A DNA stretch of 64,000 nucleotides, taken from contig JAYWIR010000005.1 in the NCBI GenBank assembly GCA_036172245.1, forward strand, positions 4,278,001 through 4,342,000, read 5' to 3'. The translations under genes were made by a program, and so were the position numbers. The notes under the pieces are model-generated. The model was not told the DNA's origin and ran no database searches. It saw nothing but the letters and a program-made list of their open reading frames with translations. This DNA comes from Raillietiella orientalis. Taxonomy: Eukaryota. Positions 38,241 to 49,900 of the stretch are shown here, one piece after another (the stretch's first letter is position 1; each line of letters starts with the position of its first letter).

Positions 38241-39800
38241 AGCTAGAAAAGAGGCTGCAGCGCGATCTGCTGTCTCCAATCCGCTGCCACCTCGGCGACA
38301 GGAGGTGCTCGCTGCCAGGAAAGCTTCGGAGCGAGAGGTGCCCGAAGGAGCGAGGCGCGCGCGAGAAGTGGCGGGAGGACGACAGTGCTTCCGCGGCGGT
38401 CACTTGGTCGGACCGTGAAGCCGGCCGGCGCGGCTTTTCGATTAGAGGAGGCACGTCTGGACCCGAGATTCGAGCCCAGAGCTGCAAAAAGGCAGAAACG
38501 AGCCGTTCGTTGCGGGGAGTGGGGCGGTGACTGCCGGTCTCATTCCTCACTACGTGCCTTCGAGCGTGGGCCTCCGTGCGGCTGGCCGCTCTCTGCCAGA
38601 ATGTGACTTCTTCCATCTTCGGGATGGCTGCAAGGGATCTCGGAGGGGCCGCAAACAATGTTCCCAGAAGAGAAGAATAGACTGGGGGATGCGTGGGAGG
38701 CATTGAGAGTGTGGTTCCGGCAGTAATCCAAAGCGAATCTTCCTCTCGCGCTGGCGCTCGCGAGTGACTTCGACGCGCCTCCTTCGGTGCGACCCCGTCG
38801 GCTTCTGGTGCTGCCGCCACTGCTTCATGTGTCTCGGACCATTCTTCTCCTCTATCTTGAGGATCGGTGGGACTTGAGGTGAGCTTCCCCACCTCATTCC
38901 AGGCTCCAGAGCTTCGTTTAAAAGTCTCTGGCAAGAACCTGTGTTCCATCTCCTACCAGAAACGGAAGTGACGAGCTCCAGGGATTGCCAAGAAAAGATG
39001 CATCTCCACTTTCTTCGGTCGCTTTTCCGGAAGCAGCAAACTGCTTCACTGCCCAGCCGTGCGTCCCTTCCGCTCTTTCATCTGCTGACGGTAAACGACG
39101 GTGAAGATCCCCTGAGCGCAGTTGAAGCGCGGATATTGCGCGAATCTGTGCGGCTATGCAGCCTTCACGGGGAATGACCTCACAGGAGCCAGGCATGGTG
39201 ATGAAGCGAATGCTGAGGGGAAGATCTCGAGATGGTCTCACGTGGGCGGTGCCCTCTTGACAGCCTGCCCTCAGGACTCTCGGAAGAAGCCCTGCAACGA
39301 TCGGTTTCGAAGGGGTGGAAGACGGTGGCAGCTCCCTGTACACAGCTTCAGGACGCGTTCCTCATTTTTCTGAATTTCCGGTCTGGCCGTCTTGGCGCTC
39401 TCGTGGAAGCGCTGGTCTAGAGGTGCTCATCACGGACAGTCCCATGTGCGGGGAAGAGTTTCTCCTTTTCTCATCCGGGGTTTTCCCTCCTCCAGAGCTC
39501 CTCCTTGAACTCCTGCAATTCTCTGCGTGCAAGACGAAAGAATAGGACTTGTTGCGAGGCGGAATCTCGACGGCGACTCCAGGTTCTCCGATCCGATGTT
39601 GCCAATTGAAGATCCGGTCCTGTCTAGTGACTTCCACTGGACCTCCACAAGGCATTCTGCTGCTAAGCGATCGCTTCTTGACTCCAGCATGCACCGGTGG
39701 ATGAAGAACCGTCTTTCATGGAGGAAGAAGGTAGGAATCTTCCAGAAAAGTGCCTCCCGCACATTCCTCCCCTTCTTCTCCCCAAAAGGGAACCAGAATG
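38240..39800 (-). mobile_element. Decayed L1/Tx1-like RT/thumb segment, inverted relative to 39850-40400
   Basis: Minus-strand order: GNIGSENLESPSRFRLAT (RT domain 1-2-like, ~39610-39550), VIPREGC (QGC-like, ~39180-39155), PVYSSL..PPRSLAAI..TFW (thumb-like, ~38690-38595). Confidence 0.4.
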
Positions 39801-39849
39801 AGAGGAGCAACAGATGACAGTGATGTCGTGCATCGTTCTTCTTGTTCTT

Positions 39850-40400
39850 CCTGGATTTCCTATTCGTCCATCTGAGATGCTCGTCGCCCCTCAGACTGTT
39901 GCCTCCTCAATTTCCTGGCCACCGTCTCGCGAGAGCTGACCACTGTGGTTCTCCGGCTGTATCTGATTGTTGGTCCTTCGTGTGAGATGGGCTGCATAGA
40001 TGTCTCTGGAGAACCGGATGCACGAAACATCTGGTGTCTCATCTCTGCACATCCTCCAGCGATGCGTCGGAAGCGCAAGACTTCTTTCGCTATTGACGCG
40101 CAACCTACACCCGAAGACTGGATTCGACCACTCCCTGAGGCATCTGTTCTCGCTACTGTTAGCCCATCCGTGGATCTCCTGCAGCTACATGCACTGGAAT
40201 GTCTGTCAACAGGAGGCTCTGGAGTCCTGGTCTGCCACTTTGGAAGTGCGCACAGAGGAACTGCGACCTCTGAGGGGCCTCCTACGCAAGCCGCTGGGAG
40301 ATCTCTTGTAGGTTTGGATGTAGTGTTGCACTTCGAAAACCCCTTGCTCCACCCTCCCGTCTTTTTTTATCTATTTATTGTTCCCTCCCCCCGTTCCCTA
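39850..40400 (+). mobile_element. Probable L1/Tx1-like 3' segment with the family 3' UTR
   Basis: Weak coding relic (RNIWCLIS) ending in ccctcccgtcttttttatctatttattgttccctcc (40352-40390), similar to the tails at ~21950 and ~20550. Confidence 0.4.
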
Positions 40401-40495
40401 GCTTTTGGAAGCCGGTCTGCCCGACGGTGGCTATCCTGGATGAACTTTTTTTTTAGGCGTTTTGTGTTTCTGAGGAAATACTTTTCCCCTCCTCT

Positions 40496-42000
40496 TTATA
40501 GTTTATTTTGCTCTTGTTTCAAAATAAAGGTCCCGGCGCAATCGAGTTCAAACATGTTCTCTGCGTTTTTTTTTTTCGAAATTCCAAGATCGTGCAGTAC
40601 TTTTTCGTTCTCCGGGTCCCAGGCTCCTAGTGAGCCGACGATGAGAGCATGTACCTTGCATGGTTTCTTTTCCATGTTTAGCTCGAGGGTTACTTCTTTA
40701 TACTTTTCCAACTTGCTCCTACTAGCTGTGCTGAATGCCTCTTCTCCACCTCGAACGGGCAACAGACGTCCAGCACTATTGTCCGACTTCTTTTCTTCAG
40801 AATGGTCGCAAAGGGAAGTCCGTGCCTGGAGCTGTGGTTGGTGGACACTAGCATCCATTTTGTTTATGTTTGCAAATGAGGGTTCCCACCAAAGAGTTGG
40901 GCTTCTGATAGCAACCGAGCGCAAACTTCTCCCGAATGGTCCACAGGGAAGCAAGAAGTTCGGGTGCCCGAGTTGGAGCAAGAAGGGTAGTCTGAGACCG
41001 AAGAGCAAATCACCGGAAAAGATCCGAAATAGAAATCCTAAGGGAAGGGGAAAAAAAAGGAAAATGAGTCAAGAAGAGGAGCTCGAAGCATCCTCCTGTA
41101 TTCGTGAACCTCCGGAAGCAGATGCAACGACGTGCACAAGGAGCACGCCACTGCATCCTCGTGCCCTTTTTTAACACACCTTGGACCATAATCTCTTTTG
41201 TCCCATTTTTGCTGCTCTGAGATCCTTGTTTCCCTGGTTTTGCACCTTGGGATTTTCTTCTTTGCCTGTTGGCTTTATTTGTTGTTTTGGTGTGCCCCAG
41301 ACCGCGCAAAAGAAAAAGCTCCGTCGGCTCAGCTGCACGATTCGTGTCTCTTGAAACCTTCATCCGGTTACCAGGAAGTGCTTTGTCCAAGCTTTCATCG
41401 ATCACGAAAAATCCAGTGACAAGGTAGGAGGCCCAGCACCTCTTCCGGAAGGGTGAGGTGGAGTTCGGCAAACATGGGACCAACCTACTGGACGGCGAAG
41501 CAGAAGCTTCTCGTTTCCTCTGATGTTGGGGTAGAGTGACATCAGAGAGGCTTCTCGAAGGTCCAGTACAGAAGCACCCCCAAAGTCCAAACAGATGGAA
41601 GGCGTCAGTAAGGTGCACTGGGGGAAATCGTTCTTTGAAGGACGACGCTGCAAGCACTCATTCACCGCGGCCGTCTCGTCTCTTACCGGGCTCTGCGTAC
41701 TCCTGCTGCCTTTGGAGACCCTTCTTTTTGGGAATGTGAGGCTACCGCGTGCCTCTTCGTGAATCTCAATGCCTTTCGACGCGAGTGAATTCTTGAGCTG
41801 TAGCTTGCGGCTTGCCACCAGGTAATCCGATGATGACCCTGAATGCCAGTAATTGGTCTCTCGGGCCACGAGGCGACGAGCCCACCGTCGATTCGTGAGC
41901 ACGATCGAAGAATCCTTGCGGAGAGACACGAATAGCTCCCCAGACAGGATGCAGCTGACGCAACCAAGTCGAAAGTTCCATTGCAACTGTGCTCACTGGC
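40496..42000 (-). mobile_element. RLE-type non-LTR retrotransposon relic (NeSL/Utopia-like): endonuclease C-terminus plus decayed RT/thumb
   Basis: ORF 40496..41008 contains GEEAFSTASRSKLEKYKE..KVHALIVGSLGAWDPENEKVLHDLGIS, the characteristic RLE C-terminal signature. Upstream fragments (FGGASVLDLREA..EKLL; QGFF..HE) fit thumb/RT. Confidence 0.85.
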
Positions 42001-42249
42001 ACTGTTACAGGCGCGGTGTGGAGTGGCAAAGTTAGAAACAGCGGCGATGCGATGTTGGAGGTGTGGCTTTATTCTCGGTCCGGAGTGGAAGAACGGTCAG
42101 AAGAGAAAGACGCTGACAGAAACGTTTCTGAAAGGACAAATACGATCTGCGATAGACAAGAACTTTGATGGGCTCGTAATTTTTCTCAAGAGGAAAACCA
42201 AGAACGGACATTTTCGTTTCAGCTTTTGTTTTCATGGAACTCTTTTTTA

Positions 42250-42880
42250 GATCGAGGATACAGTAGGGATTACAAGTGGAACGTGGTTGTTGGGGATGAT
42301 GGGTGATAGCGAGGGAAATGTGAGAATGGATCAGGGACTCTGTGGATGAGGAAAAGATAGCTGATAGGTGGATACTATACCTGTTTGTTGTGAAAGGTCC
42401 GGGTGGCAAGGATGTAGGCCTGGATGAAGGTCATGGTTAATTCAAGAATTAGGACTGCGATAGAAGGAATGAGGATGGTGAAGGCTCTTGAGAGTACTGT
42501 TAAGGAGGATGTGGTTAGTGGCAATGCTAGACACAGTTGAGGGATTGAGTCTTATGCTTTCTAGAAGTACGAGGAATGATGATAGGGCTATTAGAGTTCC
42601 TTTTATGGTCAGAAGCGTAGGCGGTTGTGGATAAGGCGAAACACGGTCTTGATGGTCATAGCAGAATGGCCAGTGAAAGTGATGTGAATAGATGGACTGA
42701 TGGTGGACATGTGCATGCTGCAAGCCTTCATAGGTTAATGAGGAAAAAGGTGGGTAATTGGGCAGTGAAGATTTTGATTGATGGGATGGCTGGATTCCCT
42801 AAGTTATTCCTGATGGTGTTTAATAGTGACCTCATTATGGTGTGAGTGAATGGATTTCTGTATTTTCTCACGTTAGGGTT
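42250..42880 (-). pseudogene. APE-endonuclease relic of a different LINE clade (Jockey/I/CR1-like)
   Basis: SFYRSPNS motif (~42470-42445), PGPFTT..and NHVP-like fragments; C/A-rich sense strand. Confidence 0.4.
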
Positions 42881-43634
42881 AAGAAAAAAATGCTGACTTG
42901 ATGATTTGGAAAACTCCCACTAAAGACCACAAAATAAAAGAGTATGAGGATGCATCTCCTATGTGTGAATTTCCTATAAAATATTGGATTCCAAAAGGCT
43001 CCCGATTTTCCAGTTGTACTTCTAAACCTGGCATCTATTATTCCCTGATGCTGGAAAAGATTGTTAAACAGTAGCAATATTCCTTGAAATCCCATTCTTC
43101 AAGAGTTCCCTTTTGCTTAAACGGCTGTTATCTGCGACCCCACACAGGTTTTTGGAATGGTACGTGGAATCAAAACACCATGGATGAGATTCTTTTATCT
43201 CTTGAAGTTAAAAAAAAAATCTCGTTTTCATTATGCAGGATGAGCTCGTTGGAGAGTTCCATTTTAGTACTGATCCATTAGCTCAGCTGCATTATCTCTG
43301 ACCTCCTGATCCATACTTGACTTGAAAGTTGATAAATAATGGATAAATAGTAGGATAAAGTAAGTTGATGAGAATAGATAATAATTAATCCTTTGGATGC
43401 GGAGCCCATCAGATTGAAACGTTCCGTGTTGACGGCACGCGAGTGGCAGCTGCGACCTCTGTGGACGGAGTGCTTCTTCGCGTACCGCGCGCTCTGTCGG
43501 AGGTGCCACCGATTGACTACAGAAAGTGCCGATTAAAGTTACTGTTGTAATTGTCTGTTTACACCACATTAAATGAAGTATTTTCACTTTTCTCAAATAC
43601 ATATTATTTATTTAAAAATTGTAATTAGTTATAA

Positions 43635-44466
43635 ATAACACCTGCCTTTGTACAATGAAAGACTTTCATCAGTACACCGGTTTGGATATGAAGAGAATGT
43701 TTGCGAGAAAGAAGTTTTCGAGTTTGTCGATTATTGGTCATATTTTTATTAACGGGTCATCATTTATCATGTTATTATCATTGAAATGTAGCATTCACAA
43801 TAAGATCACACATATGTCTCTGTTTCCTGAAAATGGTTGTTCTTAGCATTTCATCAGTGGACCAGTACTCTTTCATAGAGGTTTTCCTGAAACGCGGCAT
43901 TAGCATTGTGATGTATAAGAATCCACATATCTCACACATCTTTCCAAGCATTCAAACGAGAATGCATTTTATATCCTGTATGTTCCTTTGCATATTTGTA
44001 ATACTTATTCGTCTCTTTAGTAATATGAGAAATCAACTCTTCTGAGAAAAACATCTGAGAAACATCTAAAGATGTGGATTGTGCAATCAGCTGTCCTTTT
44101 ACTACCGAATTTCTGTCATCAAAAACATATATTGTAGGTGTCCAATTCTTTTCCGACCACGAAACTATTGGTAAGATTTCATCTCATCTGAAGTCAGTTC
44201 CAAAACTGGAATATTTGAAACTGAATCTGAATACCCTTCCTCCGTTGATGTACTCAGTACTCTGAACCGTTTTTTTTTTTTATTTTGGTTTCTATCTTTG
44301 GCTACCCTGTTATCTATATAATGTTTCTCATATCTTCAGGATCAGATGACGATGAAAAACATCGGTATATTCTCTCAATGTCATCGTCACATTCTTCTTT
44401 CGAATTCGACTCTTCATCTGTTTCACTTTCGCCTCTTGTAATAATTTCTTCAAAATTATTCGGCAT
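43635..44466 (-). pseudogene. piggyBac transposase pseudogene (N-terminal half; C-terminal catalytic part missing)
   Basis: Acidic N-terminus (ESETDEESNSKEECDDD), then KEYWSTDEM (~43870-43847), MLHFNDNN..DPLIKI.PIIDKL (~43795-43720) and TDESLSLYKGR (43673-43641). AT-rich. Confidence 0.85.
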
Positions 44467-44769
44467 TTTCAAGGTATCACAAAGATAAAAAACAATAAAA
44501 TAAATTATATACGACACAACTGTAATATGCTGTGCTACTGCAGAAATCACAATCGTTCATCGGTGGAAGAAGTGATTCTGAAAAAACGAGAATCGTCAGC
44601 CGATATAAATAGAATTTTGTTTACTAAGCCGTTGCTAAGCAAATTAATTATAGGAACGAAAGTGTATGCGACGTCCATCTCAAACATGGATAGTGGATCT
44701 GCAGGACGTGCGACAATTCCTGGATCTTGCCGAGACGTGAGTAATAGTGGCCTTATGCGGAGCCTACTC

Positions 44770-45850
44770 GCAGTTGCTCAACGATTCGAGAGGCCTGAGT
44801 CTGCCCTAATAGGCAAACGAGGACAGTGGGGAAGCATCGATCCCTCTTGGAAGCGCAAGCGGGCACTGGTGAACACCCACCATCTCAAAATAGTGCCTAG
44901 AAGTAAAGAAATTTGGAGAGACAAACTGGTGAAGATCATCCCATGCTTCCAGAGCGTCCCTTGGAGCACCAGAAAGGGGATGTTCGACAGACCAAGGATG
45001 ATCATCAAAGACGGCGAGCAGTTCGCAACCAGTGGCGGCCGCCGGAAAATGAGACTGTTCCTCCTCACCAAGAAGACGATGGGAAGATTTACTCAATATC
45101 GAGAGCTCTGGACGAATCAGGAATCGAAATGCCGGCTCCTGATCACCAGAGGAAATATCCGAGAAGCAGTGAAGAAGAATCCAGACGAGGACGACGCTCT
45201 GTCTGTGGCTGCCAGCCGCTAAGGATTGCGGTTGGAACCACGGTCTGGATGAGCGATTGACCACCCGAGACTCAAGATGACATCCTGATCTTTTATTACG
45301 GAGGCATCCTTAGCGGCACGAGGGCGAGACACTGGTTAGGCAACGCGCAAGACGAGATGTGCACTGTCTGTGGAGCCAGGGAAACCCAACTCCACGTGCT
45401 CAGCTTCCCGACGCTGCGCCGGGACTGGGCCAAGCTGAAGGAGGTGGCAGGCCTGCAGAGGATGGACAAGATGGAGTTCCTGGCGGGGATGTTTGAAGGG
45501 AACGGCAACGATGTTCCTCGATACAACCCAATGATCCGCATCACGATCGACCTCTTTATCACGAGCAAGCATCGTGATGAGAAGGGCAAAAATGCGGACC
45601 GGAATAAACAGTGCGCCAGCTGTGGAAATACTGAAAGGTTTAGTGAAAAGGGAAGTTGGGATCAGAAGCTGTGGATGCATTCCCACTTGGACGTACATCC
45701 TGCGAAGGATTCAGGAACATAGTCCAGTGAGTGGATTCCCCACGCAGACTCAGTGGCTGGATGCCCGAAGACTAACGCTGAAAGTGAAAACTGAAAACCT
45801 TTGACTTTCCAGAACGCTTCCATGAATGAATGAATGTTGAAAATAAACTC
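44770..45850 (+). mobile_element. 5'-truncated L1/Tx1-like LINE 3' end
   Basis: GILSGTRARHWLG..DEMCTVCGARETQLHVLS.PTLRRDW (~45300-45430) is a zf-RVT-like knuckle; ends near aatgaatgaatg..aataaa (~45825-45847). Sharp GC step relative to the piggyBac DNA. Confidence 0.7.
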
Positions 45851-45889
45851 ACCCCACCGCAAGTCGGACTGGGGAAAACATGGATAGTG

Positions 45890-46040
45890 TTACCTCGTGT
45901 ACGAGGTAAAAAGCATTTGCCAAACCACGTAAGAGTCCATAGTCCACGCCGATAGTTTTCTCAGAGCATGCGTCCATAACGGAGTAAGCTGATAGATTTC
46001 GTCGGACGCATAGATGCGTTCGTGGCACTCAAGGGGTTAG
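45890..46040 (-). repeat. Probable piggyBac terminus with subterminal palindromes
   Basis: Reverse complement begins cTAA-CCCCTTGAGTGCC followed by ACGCAT-ct-ATGCGT; palindrome ttacctcgt-gt-acgaggtaa at 45890-45909. Only a weak partner (TTAA-tcctttggatgc) at 43385. Confidence 0.45.
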
Positions 46041-46849
46041 CCCCTAATAGGAACGGGGCCACAGTCTTCATCCCTGACATTCTCAATTCAAAGGAATTCC
46101 ATAAACACTACATGTTGAGACCATTAATGGATGGACCCGTTGATGGGTTAGTGGATAGTTGGCTCTATCTGGGCGCATTGATATGTGTGCCCACGCGGAG
46201 GGCGTTTTCCGTAACGCTTCGTAAGTGCAGAAGTTCTGCTGCCCAACATCCAAACGCCCCCACCTCGGTGATTCAGAGCTCATTTCCCTAACATCGTGTA
46301 CATTACTAAGAGCGTATACGCCTGTTACTTCATGCTATGTCCACGCAGAAATCACCAATACAAAGGAGGGAAAAAGACTGTTTCTTCATCAGTACTGCAA
46401 GAGACTTCAGTGCCCGGGAAGCACCTTTTTTTAAAAAAAAAAAAAAATAAAAGAGAGAAAGAAAGAAGAAATCGTGTTTTATGTTTCTATAAAGCCTCCA
46501 TTGTTCTCAGAAATCATGAAGAGAAAACAGCTAATAGAAGAAGAGTATTCTTTAACTTCCTTGAAAGCTACTTTTTCTTTTTCTTTTTTTTTCACGAATG
46601 ATCAGCCTTGGATGTCTTTAAATAATCCAGTTTGAACTACATCTCTGCATGAATGATTAAGAAATCACGGATGTGTTTCTCTTCACTTCCTGAACGGAAT
46701 CTTTGAGTCTGTTAAGAGGAACTTGGAATTTTGCTTTTTGATCCCGTCAGGAGTACCAAAATTATCTCCTGTGTTATAACGTCCATGTTTTATGTTCCAA
46801 GCACGTTCCTCACTCCTACAAAACTACGATTTTCCTTGCATTGCAGCTC

Positions 46850-47600
46850 AAAAACATTCTCCGTCTTCCCGCCAAATTCCATGCGTTGAATTTCTGAGGG
46901 AGAACTCTGCCTCGCATGCTTGTTCTTGAGTAAAATAACCAGCATGAGTAAGCCGTGCGGGAGCAACGGGAAATCACCCCGTATTCCTGGTATGGAGCCC
47001 AGGTTTCATATGCAGATGACGACGAGCAGCTCCTGCTTGCTTCACGAAGAACAAGAGGATGGTCGAAATGACGTGTGTCTCTGCAGGGAGGTAGCAAGTG
47101 ATTTTGAGTTCTCCCTACACCTTGAATGCTCAAGAGGATAAAATCGGAGGCATCTTTTTCCGGCAGTCGGCGTAGCGTCATGGGCTGTTCCCATCTGGTC
47201 GAGAGGAGCTGAAAGACCGCTGCTTTTACAAACGTGGCTAGTCATTTGCTGAGCTTCCCCACTGGGTCCTCTGCTTGATGTTTCCTCGCTCCGCGTAAGC
47301 ACCCCATCATGTCACCCCGCATCGGAGTTGGTAAGATGGCTCTTCTCACTCAACTTCGAGGGAAAATTCCCGATCCTTAGTTCAGACCTCTGAGATTTAG
47401 GCAGCTGTGTGCCATGGCCATACCTCGGAGATGATGTTGGTTCTCTCGCTGTGTGTATCAGAAATGCCAATACTTTGACATCCATCTTGATTTCTACGTG
47501 CTTCCCCGGGAAGATAACAAGAGGCCTTATCCGAACGACAGAGTAAATCAAATCGAAGAAAATTAAGCAATCCGGGAGGATGACGTGGTTTGATGCATCC
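46850..47600 (+). pseudogene. Non-LTR RT relic with YADD motif (L1/Tx1-like)
   Basis: QVSYADD with TAT GCA GAT GAC at 47009-47020, preceded by a frameshifted RIPG and followed by a KSE motif. Confidence 0.55.
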
Positions 47601-48490
47601 AGTGCACTGGGGGACGTTCTGCAATCTCAAGGCAGTCTATCATGAAATAATGATGCTTTTTCTTCGGAGGAGCAGAAAATAATTGATGAATTGAGTGAGA
47701 TTAAGGACGTGTCAAGGCAACCGGAATTCTTGGATTAGAGTTTGGACAGAAAAAGCAATCAACTCGACCGACGGCGATTATGGAACGGAAAAGCAGTGGT
47801 GCACGCTCTACACGCTTCGAGAAACCGCACATCACATGAGGGTCGCGGGTTTGAGAGGATGCAACTCCAATTGATAGCAATTTATCGGAAGCGATGGGCT
47901 ACTCGACTGCCTCTGTCTGGCCTCTTCGGATTAAATTACTGGCCATTAAGCGATTTTTTAGTTGATCCCTTTTGCTTCGGACTTCATTTGGTAATTTTTT
48001 AATAAGGAAATAAATCAATTTGTTGCGAGGACATCCGTTTCGAGAGGAAAAGAGGAGCCACTGCTTATGCCGCTCTGCATTGGGATGCTCCTGCTGTTGC
48101 TCCACGGCTCCAACTTTTCAGTTGCCATTCCTCGGGATAATTATCGATCGTAAAAGAAAAAGACAAAAAAGAAAGGAAGGATCTGTTTCGGAGTTTATCC
48201 GCGCGCACATCCAGGCCGGGAGGCGTTGGCCGAATAAAAGGATCCCCGGCCCCATCTACTTGCAGAACCCTCTACGATTCCGGAGGCGCGATCCGCGCAA
48301 AGTGGGAGGACCGGCCACTCTTCGCCCTCGTTGCCATGCTTGTCAGCTTCTCGCGTCAGAGTGCTTTTCTGCATCGCTCGATCGGAAACACGAGCAGTGA
48401 TGTAGTAGTCTCGAAGGTGCAGAAGGCATGTTGGTGCTGCCTCCCAGCCTCCCGGCTCTTCCACTCGGATGCCCATCTCCCTCACACGTG

Positions 48491-48513
48491 CGCGCGCGCG
48501 CGCGCGCGCGCGC
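48491..48513. repeat. (CG)11 microsatellite
   Basis: Read directly; purine-pyrimidine alternation extends from 48483. Confidence 0.95.
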
Positions 48514-48703
48514 CTTTGTCTGCTCCACTTCCGATCTGGATCCCATCGCAAATTTAATTTCCGAACCTCAACTCTCGACTCCCGATTTTCGATACTCGGC
48601 TGCCAGAAATCTCGAATTCCCTGCTCCACTGTTAAAGCATGAAGTCCCTTAAATAAAATCCCTTTTATTACTTCCTTCCTCCTCCCCTCCTCCCTCCCTC
48701 GAG

Positions 48704-48725
48704 GAGAGAGAGAGAGAGAGAGAGA
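48704..48725. repeat. (GA)11 microsatellite following a polypyrimidine tract
   Basis: Read directly. Confidence 0.95.
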
Positions 48726-48999
48726 AAAAAAAACTTAATTTAGGCTACTCCGCATCAGTTGTTTGCGTTGTCAAGAGGGCTCAGAGAAAGGAGTGCTGAG
48801 TTTTTCGGGAAATTTGTTGATCATGCAAGGCCGCGTCGCTCCCCGGGAAAGACCGTGCGCAGAAAAAAAAAAAAAAAAAAAAAAAAAACGGTTCTTTCCC
48901 CCTTCGCAACGTAGGACCAGGATCCTCACTGGCTCTCCCTGAGAGCACCAATGTCCGTCCATCACGTGCGTCAAGCCACATTCTGAGTGTGGAAAGACA

Positions 49000-49900
49000 A
49001 AAAAAAAAAAGGGAACCACCTTGCTTTCTACGGAAGATCGGCCTTGTCGAGGATGAAACAAGATAAACACGCCTTTGGAATAGGCTGCCGTCGGAAGCAA
49101 ATTTAAGGAACGTCTGGAATACGGCACAATGTGACGCCATTTCCCGGAACACTGGCAGATTAACAGGACAGGCAGAAAACAGGATCAAAATTAACGGAGG
49201 TCGTAAAGGGGAAGTGCAATCTTCTGTGAAAATGAATGGACAGCGTGTTTCCACCATTTCCATAAAACTCCTCGCATCCGCGTGGGGAAGTCAAGGAGAA
49301 AGCAAGAGGGACCAACTCCTGAGAATACGCCCAGGTCGCCGTCAAGTGTTGCAGGTGCAGGATCTTCAGAACTGCTGCCCCATTCAATGGAAAAGGATGG
49401 GAACAATGAATGCCACTGCAGCCTGATCGTTCGAACGGATCCATTTACTTTCCAGCCTCTGCTCCAACCTCTTCGACGGCTCTCTTTTAGAGAAACGCGC
49501 TTCGGAAGAGAACATCTTCGAGGGATTAAACAGGATGATGCGCGGAAACGTTTCCTGGCGACCGGTTCGTCCACGCGGATGCGTTCGCTTGCCGTGTGCG
49601 CCCCGCGTGATGAGCGAAGGAGATGCGAGTGGGCACACCGTTGCTCCGCATCCGGCGACCGTTTCCGGTGGAAGGTTCCCCCGGGAAAACAAAGGACTCC
49701 TGGGTCTTTGCGCGGAACGCGCAGGAATTCCTGCGCTTTCTGCCCCCGTCGGGAAAGTGAAAGTTGTTCGTAAAGTGCGGAGGTTGTTGATCCTGCTGCC
49801 AGCGATTGAGGAGCACAGATCCTTCTCCACATCGGTCAGGATCACCTAGGGAAACAATCTGCGGAATAACCCCTGTCAGATGGGTCAGTCTGGCGGAAGA
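49000..49900 (-). mobile_element. L1/Tx1-like ORF2 relic (end of APE, start of RT)
   Basis: ILTDV/WRR..TFTFP (~49845-49745), SRGWKVNGSV (~49465-49435; the GxWKxN motif after Tx1 APE) and GDLG..CFLLD (~49345-49290). Confidence 0.55.

Noticed and set aside
39945..41174. Longest ORF (409 aa)
   Set aside because: Largely antisense to the RLE C-terminus and crosses element boundaries.
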